Below are positions 56,776 to 64,000 of a DNA stretch of 64,000 nucleotides, one piece after another. How positions within the stretch are numbered: the stretch's first letter is position 1; the number at the start of each line of letters is the position of its first letter. This stretch comes from an uncultured Clostridia bacterium (GTDB taxonomy: Bacteria; Bacillota; Clostridia; Christensenellales; UBA1242): positions 172,362 to 236,361 of the forward strand of contig CAKVNK010000001.1 in NCBI GenBank assembly GCA_934777435.1, in the 5' to 3' direction. The notes beneath the pieces are model-generated. The model searched no databases, was not told the origin of the DNA, and saw only the letters and a list, made by a program, of their open reading frames with translations. The position numbers were made by a program, and so were the translations under genes.

Positions 56776-57022
56776 TATTCCCCCAAAAAAATTAAATTTA
56801 TAGTCGCAAACTATGTGTTTATAAACTTATTGACCTAAAACCATATAGTTATAAACTATATTATTAGGATAACTTAACGATTATCAACTTGTCAACCAAA
56901 ATCAAACAGCAATTTTTGACGAAAATTTACATAAAATAAAATTTTAGCAACTTAACAATCTTTTGTATTGTGATTTTTATAGTTTCGCATTTTAAAATAT
57001 TGATTATTTTGTGTTTAAAACG

Positions 57023-57054
57023 CAAAAAATCTCTCTATTGCAAGAGATTTTTTG
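57023..57054 (-). terminator. terminator downstream of ppdK and its 3' remnant
   Basis: ATCTCT (57029-57034) / AGAGAT (57043-57048) with A6 and T6 flanks. Confidence 0.65.
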
Positions 57055-57079
57055 TTTACTATTAATTTGTTGTCAAATA

Positions 57080-57128
57080 TTAGTTCCTTGGGAATTTAAT
57101 ATTTGCTTGAGCGACAGCACGTCGCAAT
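57080..57128 (-). pseudogene. orphan duplicate of the last ~15 codons of ppdK
   Basis: The minus strand reads ...LRRAVAQANIKFPRN-stop, against ...IARLAAAQANIKFPRN-stop for the real gene end. 57080-57112 matches 57243-57275 at 30 of 33 nt. Confidence 0.75.
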
Positions 57129-57242
57129 TTTCGCTTTATCTCATTTGCAAACAAGTTGCAAATTTTAATTTTTGCTCTATTGCTCCTTTTCCCTTCCACA
57201 AACTAGTTGTGGCGGGAACCCTTTTATAGACTCTTGCCTAAA

Positions 57243-59885
57243 TTAATTTCTTGGGAATTTAATGTTTGCTTGAGCAGCTGCGAGTCTAGCGATTGGAACG
57301 CGGTATGGTGAGCAACTTACATAGTCAAGACCAATTTTATGGCAGAATTCAATACTTGATGGGTCACCACCGTGCTCACCACAAATACCTGTGTGAAGTG
57401 TTGGGTTGGTTGATTTACCAAGACGAATACTCATTTCCATAAGTTTGCCTACACCATTTGTGTCAAGACGAGCAAATGGATCACTTTCATAAATCTTGTT
57501 AGCGTAGTATGATGGCAAGAACTTGCCAGCATCGTCACGGCTAAAACCAAATGTCATTTGTGTTAAATCGTTTGTACCAAAGCAGAAGAAATCAGCATTT
57601 TTAGCAATTTCGTCAGCGGTTAATGCTGCACGTGGAATTTCAATCATTGTGCCAACTTCATATTTAAGGTTAGATTTAGCATCAGCAATAACTTTATCTG
57701 CTGTGTCAACCACAATACGTTTAACATATTGAAGTTCTTTAACTTCGCCGATAAGTGGAATCATAATTTCTGGAACAACTTTCCAGTCTGGATGACGATT
57801 TTGAACAGCAATAGCAGCCTTAATAACTGCTTTTGTTTGCATAACTGCAATTTCTGGGTAAGTAACTGCCAAACGGCAACCACGGTGACCCATCATTGGG
57901 TTAAACTCATGCAAATCTGCAATAAGTTGTTTAATTTGAGCAACTGTTTTGCCTTGTGTTTTTGCAAGGGCTTCAATATCTTCTTCACTTGTTGGAACAA
58001 ATTCGTGAAGAGGTGGATCCAAGAAACGAATTGTAACAGGTTGACCTTTAAGTGCTTCCATTAAGCCTTCAAAGTCAGCTTGTTGCATAGGTTCAATTTT
58101 TGAAAGTGCGTGTTCACGTTCTTCAACAGTGTCAGCACAAATCATTTCACGGAACGCACCGATACGTGCTGGGTCAAAGAACATATGTTCAGTACGGCAC
58201 AAACCAATACCTTGAGCACCAAGTTCAGCAGCACGTTGTGCATCTTTTGGAGTGTCGGCATTTGTTTTTACGCCAAGTGCTTTATATTTATCTGCCAAAC
58301 GCATAATACGGCCGAAATAACCGCTGTTAGGGTCAGCAGGAACAGTTTTAATAATGCAATCATAAATTTTGCCGGTTGTACCGTCAAGTGACAAACCATC
58401 ACCTTCGTGGAAAACTTTACCAGCAAGTGTGAAGCATTTATTTTCTTCGTCCATTTTAATATCGCCACAACCTGAAACGCAGCATGTACCCATACCACGT
58501 GCAACAACGGCAGCGTGAGATGTTTGACCACCACGAACAGTTAAGATACCTTGGCTGAATTTCATACCTTCAATATCTTCTGGGCTGGTTTCCAAACGAA
58601 CAAGCACAACTTTCTTGCCTGCTTTACCTTCTCTAACTGCGTCTTCAGCGGTGAAAACGATTGTACCAGCAGCAGCACCTGGGCTTGCAGCGATACCTTT
58701 ACCAACAACATTGTATTTGTCAGCATTTTTAAGTGCTTCTGCATCAAATTGTGGGTGCAAAAGCATATCAAGAGATTTAGCATCAATTTGCATTAATGCT
58801 TCTTTTTCACTAATCATACCCTCATCAATCAAATCACAAGCGATTTTAATTGCAGCGGCAGCAGTACGTTTGCCGTTACGGGTTTGAAGCATATAAAGTT
58901 TTTTATCTTCGATTGTGAATTCCATATCTTGCATATCACGATAGTGATGTTCAAGAGTGTCACAAATTTGTTTGAATTGTTCATAGCACTCTGGCAAAAT
59001 TTCTGCCATTTTACTGATAGGCATTGGGGTGCGAACGCCCGCAACAACGTCTTCACCTTGTGCGTTCATCAAAAATTCACCCATCAAGCCTTTTTCACCT
59101 GTGGCTGGGTTACGTGTGAACGCAACACCTGTGCCAGATGTTTCACCCATATTACCAAATGCCATCATTTGAACGTTAACCGCTGTACCCCAACTATATG
59201 GAATATCGTGGTCCATACGATAGATGTTAGCACGTGGGTTATCCCAACTGCGGAATACGGCTTTGATCGCTTCAAAAAGTTGTTCTTTAGGGTCAACTGG
59301 GAAGTCTTTACCTAATTGTTTTTTGTATTCTGCTTTAAATTCATTAGCAAGTTCTTTTAAATCTTCAGCACTCATGTCAAGGTCGCTTGTGTAACCTTTA
59401 CGTTCTTTAAGTTGGTCGATAAGTTTTTCAAAATATTTTTTACCAACTTCCATAACAACATCACTGAACATTTGAATAAATCTGCGGTAGCAGTCATATG
59501 CCCAACGTGGGTTTCCACTTTTACGTGATAGAGTTTCAACAACTTCGTCATTTAAACCAAGGTTCAAAATTGTGTCCATCATACCAGGCATTGAAGCCCT
59601 AGCACCTGAACGAACTGATACCAACAATGGATTTTCTTTATCACCAAATTTTTTGCCTGTGATCTTTTCCATTTTGGCAATGTATTCCATAATTTCTGCT
59701 TGAATACCAGCATTGATTTGCCTGCCGTCTTCATAGTATTGTGTGCAGGCTTCAGTTGAAATTGTAAAGCCTTGTGGGACTGGCAAACCAATTTTTGTCA
59801 TTTCAGCAAGGTTGGCACCTTTACCGCCAAGCAATTCACGCATTGAGGCGTCACCTTCACTGAATAAGTAAACGTACTTTTTCAT
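57243..59885 (-). CDS. ppdK: pyruvate, phosphate dikinase
   Basis: 880 aa. ATP-grasp N-terminus (LLGGKGANLAEM), phospho-His motif GGQTSHAAVVARG and a PEP-utilising C-terminus (CGEHGGDP). Confidence 0.97.
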   Translation of the reverse strand: MKKYVYLFSEGDASMRELLGGKGANLAEMTKIGLPVPQGFTISTEACTQYYEDGRQINAGIQAEIMEYIAKMEKITGKKFGDKENPLLVSVRSGARASMPGMMDTILNLGLNDEVVETLSRKSGNPRWAYDCYRRFIQMFSDVVMEVGKKYFEKLIDQLKERKGYTSDLDMSAEDLKELANEFKAEYKKQLGKDFPVDPKEQLFEAIKAVFRSWDNPRANIYRMDHDIPYSWGTAVNVQMMAFGNMGETSGTGVAFTRNPATGEKGLMGEFLMNAQGEDVVAGVRTPMPISKMAEILPECYEQFKQICDTLEHHYRDMQDMEFTIEDKKLYMLQTRNGKRTAAAAIKIACDLIDEGMISEKEALMQIDAKSLDMLLHPQFDAEALKNADKYNVVGKGIAASPGAAAGTIVFTAEDAVREGKAGKKVVLVRLETSPEDIEGMKFSQGILTVRGGQTSHAAVVARGMGTCCVSGCGDIKMDEENKCFTLAGKVFHEGDGLSLDGTTGKIYDCIIKTVPADPNSGYFGRIMRLADKYKALGVKTNADTPKDAQRAAELGAQGIGLCRTEHMFFDPARIGAFREMICADTVEEREHALSKIEPMQQADFEGLMEALKGQPVTIRFLDPPLHEFVPTSEEDIEALAKTQGKTVAQIKQLIADLHEFNPMMGHRGCRLAVTYPEIAVMQTKAVIKAAIAVQNRHPDWKVVPEIMIPLIGEVKELQYVKRIVVDTADKVIADAKSNLKYEVGTMIEIPRAALTADEIAKNADFFCFGTNDLTQMTFGFSRDDAGKFLPSYYANKIYESDPFARLDTNGVGKLMEMSIRLGKSTNPTLHTGICGEHGGDPSSIEFCHKIGLDYVSCSPYRVPIARLAAAQANIKFPRN

Positions 59886-59931
59886 AAATCTCCTTTTAAA
59901 TTTTACCGGATTATTTTATCAAAAGCACAAC

Positions 59932-60000
59932 AAAAAAAGCAACTGATTTAATAAAGTTTTAAAACTTTAATTAAACACAGCCACTTTTTATTTATTTCAA
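59932..60000. repeat. copy A of a ~70-bp repeat (also the terminator of the YwaF-like pair)
   Basis: AAAAAGCAACTGATTTAATAAAGTTTTAAAACTTTAAT...TTTATTTATTTCAA. Contains a perfect 18-bp palindrome TAAAGTTTTAAAACTTTA (59952-59969) followed by a U-run on the minus strand. Confidence 0.65.
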
Positions 60001-60032
60001 CATACAAATTGCTTTTTCTATTTAATAAATAG

Positions 60033-60842
60033 TTATTTATTTTCTGTTTCAGTTTCGGCTTTTTCTTCCATATTTAAATTTGTTTTATTTTTTGAAATTT
60101 TTGCTGAAATCTTTTTCACAACAAAATCAATCAAGAAAATTATTGCACACATAGCAAAAACAGCAGTAAATGTGCATAATGGCATTAAACCTTTTGGAAT
60201 AAATGGAAAGGTTGAACCTGTGATAAAGAACCAATCATAGTGATGTCCGTCTGGGATACCGTTGTATGCAAAATTACCTAATGATGCCCATGCAACCATC
60301 ACAACCAAACCAACTGCTTCTTGCCAAATATCTTTCCATTTAAACTCTGCTTGTTTAAGTGAAACGCTAAGCAACCCCCAAGCAAAAACAAGCCCGTGGA
60401 AAACAAATGTTTGAACAACTTTATAGCACCATGGTGTTACCCCACCCAATGCTGAACCTGGATATGTAATGTACATCAAAGAAGACACAATGGCAAAGCA
60501 TGTGATAACATTTTTTATAGGTTTAAACTTTTTGTTGAATTGAACAAAAGGTATAAATATGCTTGTAAGTGTGCAAATATGAAAAGGTAATTTATCAATA
60601 TCAATCTTACCTTGAGAAAATGGCATAATAAAGAAATCAAGCAGATATGTGCCGATAATTAAATATGCAAGCACATTTAATGTTGTTTGTTTGGCTTTAT
60701 CTGATTTATGCCTAAGAATAAAATGTGCACCTATTGTCAAACCTATAATTAAAACAATGTACAATATATGCCATATTGAAAACAATGTTATTTCAATCTT
60801 TCCCGATGATGAGCCAAACAATTTTGTTAAGAATTCTGCCAT
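60033..60842 (-). CDS. YwaF-like (TIGR02206-type) integral membrane protein, copy 1
   Basis: 269 aa with about 7 TM helices and the LPFHICTL motif typical of this family. Confidence 0.6.
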   Translation of the reverse strand: MAEFLTKLFGSSSGKIEITLFSIWHILYIVLIIGLTIGAHFILRHKSDKAKQTTLNVLAYLIIGTYLLDFFIMPFSQGKIDIDKLPFHICTLTSIFIPFVQFNKKFKPIKNVITCFAIVSSLMYITYPGSALGGVTPWCYKVVQTFVFHGLVFAWGLLSVSLKQAEFKWKDIWQEAVGLVVMVAWASLGNFAYNGIPDGHHYDWFFITGSTFPFIPKGLMPLCTFTAVFAMCAIIFLIDFVVKKISAKISKNKTNLNMEEKAETETENK

Positions 60843-60845
60843 AAA

Positions 60846-61619
60846 TTATTCTCCTTCCTTATTCTCTATATTCTGATTTTTCTTTTTAAATTTTGAATAC
60901 CACCTATCTTGTTTTGGCAGTGCAATTTGTTCAACAATTACACCAATTAAGAAAACAATAATCAAGCTTATAATACCTATAACAAATGTATTAAGCCATG
61001 GTAAATTTGGAACAGGGTTGCTTAGTAAATACATACAATTTGGTGGTGTTAATTTAAACATTTTATACAAGCCGATTATTATTCCGCCGTCAACAAGCAA
61101 AAACAAAAGCCCAAACAGAACACTAATTGTATTTTTAACACGAATTTTTATATACCCACCAACCAAGAGATACACGCAGCCAACAAGCATTGTTGAGTGT
61201 GACAACATGCCTTTTAAGACGTCCCAATCAGCAAAAGTTGGATTGTTTGCATAAATTTCATTTAGCATTATGCCAACAACTGCACCAACAATGCCTAAAT
61301 AAAATGTAAATTCAGCAATAATTGAAAACACTTTGGAGTTTTTATTTTTCCAAAACGCAGAAATAACTAATAACCACATTGCCACATTACATGGATAAAT
61401 TGGCAACAACATCGGGGCTTCAACGACTGCAGTTCCCGTTTTAAAATAGTCCACATACAAACTTGAAAAATGAATAATAACGGTTAAAACTGCAAAAATT
61501 TGTAGCACCAAATCTTTATACTTTTGTTGTTTTACAAAAAATTTAAACAAAATAAGCAAAAGAATAACAATTATGCTAGAAATCACCATGTAAAGAATAT
61601 GTTGTGTATCAAATAGCAT
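60846..61619 (-). CDS. YwaF-like integral membrane protein, copy 2 (diverged paralogue)
   Basis: 257 aa with a similar TM layout and LPIYPCNV at the equivalent position. Only 3 nt separate it from copy 1. No SD upstream. Confidence 0.55.
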   Translation of the reverse strand: MLFDTQHILYMVISSIIVILLLILFKFFVKQQKYKDLVLQIFAVLTVIIHFSSLYVDYFKTGTAVVEAPMLLPIYPCNVAMWLLVISAFWKNKNSKVFSIIAEFTFYLGIVGAVVGIMLNEIYANNPTFADWDVLKGMLSHSTMLVGCVYLLVGGYIKIRVKNTISVLFGLLFLLVDGGIIIGLYKMFKLTPPNCMYLLSNPVPNLPWLNTFVIGIISLIIVFLIGVIVEQIALPKQDRWYSKFKKKNQNIENKEGE

Positions 61620-61649
61620 TTATAAAAAGAAAGTATCATTATTTCGACA

Positions 61650-61720
61650 AAAAGGCAACTATTTTGATAAAGTTTTGAAACTTTAATAAACAGTTGCCGT
61701 TGCCTAATTTATTTATTCAA
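61650..61720. repeat. copy B of the ~70-bp repeat (also the terminator of the WG-repeat gene)
   Basis: AAAAGGCAACTATTTTGATAAAGTTTTGAAACTTTAAT...AATTTATTTATTCAA. The outer stem GGCAACT (61654-61660) / AGTTGCC (61692-61698) closes a long hairpin followed by a U-run on the minus strand. Confidence 0.65.
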
Positions 61721-61792
61721 TTTTTTAATTCCAAATTTAAATGTTTAATATAAAATTCGGTTTTTAGTAATCGTAACTATTAATCTTATAGA

Positions 61793-63064
61793 TTAGTTGT
61801 TATTTACAATTTCATCTTCTGGCACAGTGTCAACAATTTCTTTAACTTCTGTTCCGTCTGCCAATTCTTCATCTGGGTTGAATTCTGGAACAACAATTTC
61901 GTCAACAACTTCATCGTTTAATTCTGAATTTGGTGTTGTGGCTTCTGTTGTGTCTGCTTCTGGAGAATCTGCATCATTTTCGTCCATAACATTTAAAATT
62001 TCATAGTCTGGTTCTGTTTCGCCTTGTTTTGAAGTTTTGATTTCAGTAACACAATCTTCACGAAGTTGAGTTGTACGATATTCTTTTTGTTTTTGTTTTG
62101 TAAGGTATGCAAAGTATGCAACACGTGCATCAGCCATTTTCTTCATTTCCAAGTTAAATTCACGGATAAGTCTATCTTTTGCTGCTTGTGATTTGATTTC
62201 AGCGGCTTTTTTGCTGTAAACCATTTTAATGTAGTCCAAATTGATTTGATATTCAGTGTCTGTTTCACCTAAATATGATAACAATTCACATGGAACGATT
62301 GTTCTATCGTTTGTGTCAACATAACCGATTCTGTTATTCAAAACAACACATGCGATTTCATCTTCAACATATCTAACTTCATCATAACGGCAAGCAATAA
62401 CTTTTTGACCTAATTTGTTGATAACACCTGTTTTGCCATTTTGTTTAACAACAGCATAACCATTTGTAAATGTACCTGCAGTTGAATATTTGAAAGGTAT
62501 AACTTCTTTGCCTTCCAAGTTAATGTAACCCCATTTTGAGCCTTTTAAAACAGGAATTAAACCTTCGCCGATTTTGCCAACTTGGTCGAATTCAAGGCCA
62601 CCGATAATTTGACCGTTGTCGTCAACATATGCAGATTTGTCACGGTGCATTATCATTGCATAACCATCTTGAAAGTTTGAAATGTAGTCATATTTAACAG
62701 GGATAAGTGTTTGAAGTGTATAACGGTCTAAATAACCTGTCATATCATCTTTTGAAACACGTGCCAAATGATTGTATTGGAACGCTTCTGCCTTATCAAA
62801 GATAAAGTCAACAACTTGTTTACCTTCAATGGTGATATAGCCTGCTTTGCCGTCTTTTGTAACGCCAACTGTATTGTCGCTATAACTTGTGATTTCGTAG
62901 TCTTGCAACAACATGATTAACTTACGTGTTGTGCCGTCCAACAAACCATATTTGCCGTCTTTTGACACAATGTATACGTTTTCAGTATCTGACAATTCTT
63001 CAGTGTCAAAATAACCTTGGGCAAATTTTTTTCTTTTTAAAATGCATTTGCTTATTAAATTCAT
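61793..63064 (-). CDS. WG-repeat (KWG) protein with coiled-coil and acidic tail
   Basis: Repeated ...KWGYINLEGKEVIPFKY..., GKYGLLD and GKTGVINKLGQKVI units, then a K/E-rich helix and a D/E/T-rich C-terminus. No signal peptide. Confidence 0.75.
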   Translation of the reverse strand: MNLISKCILKRKKFAQGYFDTEELSDTENVYIVSKDGKYGLLDGTTRKLIMLLQDYEITSYSDNTVGVTKDGKAGYITIEGKQVVDFIFDKAEAFQYNHLARVSKDDMTGYLDRYTLQTLIPVKYDYISNFQDGYAMIMHRDKSAYVDDNGQIIGGLEFDQVGKIGEGLIPVLKGSKWGYINLEGKEVIPFKYSTAGTFTNGYAVVKQNGKTGVINKLGQKVIACRYDEVRYVEDEIACVVLNNRIGYVDTNDRTIVPCELLSYLGETDTEYQINLDYIKMVYSKKAAEIKSQAAKDRLIREFNLEMKKMADARVAYFAYLTKQKQKEYRTTQLREDCVTEIKTSKQGETEPDYEILNVMDENDADSPEADTTEATTPNSELNDEVVDEIVVPEFNPDEELADGTEVKEIVDTVPEDEIVNNN

Positions 63065-63086
63065 AAAAACTCCTTAAACTGCTGAT

Positions 63087-63115
63087 ATATTATATTATAA
63101 TTTGCATTTTGTCAA
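63087..63115 (-). promoter_or_regulatory. sigma-A promoter of the WG-repeat gene
   Basis: Minus strand TTGACA (63115..63110), 17 nt, TAATAT (63092..63087). Confidence 0.5.
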
Positions 63116-63253
63116 TATCAAAATATTAAGTTTTTAAATAAAATAAGCAAATTTTTTATGCTTGTGGTTAAATTTTTGGTTTGTTAAAATTTTAATTAAC
63201 AAAAACCATAAAATTGTTAAAAAAAATACAGCCCCATTAATTTGAAACTGTAG

Positions 63254-63937
63254 TTAAATAAATTCAAAAGTGCGTATTTCTGCATTAAACTTTGCAAGCA
63301 AAATTGCATTAAGCAAACGCAATGCTTGCTTTTTTATTGTGATTGGTGTTTGGCTTGTTTGCTCACCTATTACCCCAGTGCTGACTGATTTTAAATAGTC
63401 AAAAACTTTTTTATCAATCTGCATTGTTGCAAAATTTGGTGTTGAAACAAAGTTGCCTGTTGTGCGGTCTAAATACACATATTTTTGCAAGTCAAAATCA
63501 AGTGCCATACCGCAAAATTCAATAAATTTTATGATAAATGCTGAAAGGGACGAAAATTCGTCTTTAATTTCAATATCTTTAAGCCCGTTCAAAGCAAGCA
63601 CAAACAAATCTGGTTCTGGCTTTTCTGCTGGCAAAATGGTTTTGATTATGTCAAGCAAAATAAAGCCTGCAATGGTCTTATTATAGTCCGCTGTTAAGCC
63701 ATAAAAACCATCAATAACATTTGTGCTGGTTACAACACGTGTTGAACCTGTTTGGCTTAAATTAAACTCTGCAAACGTAAAAGGCAAAGCGGAAGATTTC
63801 ATTTTTGATTTTTCCTTCCTTACTCCCCTAAAATTTGCGGTTATTATGCCCTGCTCTAAACTAAAAATGGAAGCAAGTTTGTCCGCTTCCTTAATATCGG
63901 TTAATTTTAAAATTATTCCTTTAACTTTTGTGTCCAT
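63254..63937 (-). CDS. recO: DNA repair protein RecO
   Basis: 227 aa. N-terminal OB fold KGIILKLTDIKEADKLASIFS...FRGVRKEKSK. Confidence 0.85.
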   Translation of the reverse strand: MDTKVKGIILKLTDIKEADKLASIFSLEQGIITANFRGVRKEKSKMKSSALPFTFAEFNLSQTGSTRVVTSTNVIDGFYGLTADYNKTIAGFILLDIIKTILPAEKPEPDLFVLALNGLKDIEIKDEFSSLSAFIIKFIEFCGMALDFDLQKYVYLDRTTGNFVSTPNFATMQIDKKVFDYLKSVSTGVIGEQTSQTPITIKKQALRLLNAILLAKFNAEIRTFEFI

Positions 63938-63943
63938 AAAAAA

Positions 63944-64000
63944 TTATATTGTTAAATTGTCTTCGGCCTGAGCAAGCACTTCCTGCCTTAAATTTTCAGT
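63944..64000 (-). CDS. 3' end of an unidentified minus-strand gene (partial)
   Basis: Open frame ...TENLRQEVLAQAEDNLTI-stop (TAA at 63946..63944). Too short to identify. Confidence 0.35.
   Translation of the reverse strand, partial: TENLRQEVLAQAEDNLTI

Noticed and set aside
55704-57054. Sequence similarity between the lipoprotein terminator (AAAAAAATCTCCC...GAGAGATTTTTT) and the ppdK terminator (AAAAAATCTCTC...AGAGATTTTTT), considered as a repeat family.
   Set aside because: The shared part is only the A-run, a 5-6-bp stem and the T-run, a form that simple terminators readily converge on. The loops differ.
57011-57229. 72-aa plus-strand ORF in the spacer downstream of ppdK.
   Set aside because: It is the antisense of the ppdK 3' remnant and terminator, has no SD, and the peptide is Cys/Leu-rich. 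The region is better explained as the duplication scar.
1-64000. Mobile elements, prophage, CRISPR-Cas, restriction-modification, toxin-antitoxin or other known defence systems, and alternative genetic code.
   Set aside because: No transposase, integrase, recombinase, Cas, methylase-endonuclease pair or phage structural motif was recognised in any frame. All conserved genes are intact with TGA/TAA/TAG as stops, so there is no sign of code 4 or 25.

Overview
AT-rich (by eye about one-third G+C, not computed), very gene-dense chromosomal segment of a low-GC Gram-positive (Bacillota-type) genome. I call 66 complete protein genes and one partial, with only 4 on the plus strand, and a tRNA-Leu(CAA)/tRNA-Cys(GCA) pair. 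The content is mostly housekeeping. It follows, in compressed and locally rearranged form, the Bacillus subtilis neighbourhood plsX-rnc-smc-ftsY-ylxM-ffh-rpsP-khpA-rimM-trmD-rplS-rbgA-rnhB ... dprA-topA-trmFO-hslVU. Interleaved blocks are rpoZ-priA-def-fmt-rlmN-rpe, rsmE-mtaB-hit-rpsU, pcrA-ligA, nifS-nifU, pta-ackA, ppdK and recO. Genes are tightly packed: five 1-nt TAATG overlaps and several TTG/GTG starts behind strong Shine-Dalgarno sites. Most intergenic spacers resolve into a sigma-A-like promoter plus a hairpin/U-run terminator. I saw no transposase, integrase, CRISPR array, rRNA or recognisable defence gene, so no clear-cut novel multi-gene system can be claimed. The items most worth a second look are: (1) a NifS partner with an IscU fold that has lost two of three cluster-ligand cysteines and gained a 120-aa charged tail with AT-hook-like RGRP motifs, sitting next to tcdA, trx and a Zn-ribbon gene; (2) a diverged second copy of the last ~15 codons of ppdK lying 114 nt downstream of the real stop, ahead of the terminator, which looks like an insertion or integration scar; (3) about 70-bp direct repeats bracketing a tandem pair of YwaF-like membrane-protein genes; (4) the only strand-switching region (45-56 kb, ending at the tRNA pair), which holds orphan genes, a textbook leaderless promoter-ATG arrangement, a DUF4364-like regulator divergent from an unknown 235-aa protein, and an AbrB-ABC exporter module; (5) repeated operator-like motifs upstream of plsX, dprA, nifS and a lipoprotein gene. 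All functional calls come from reading motifs in the supplied translations, and no database search was run.
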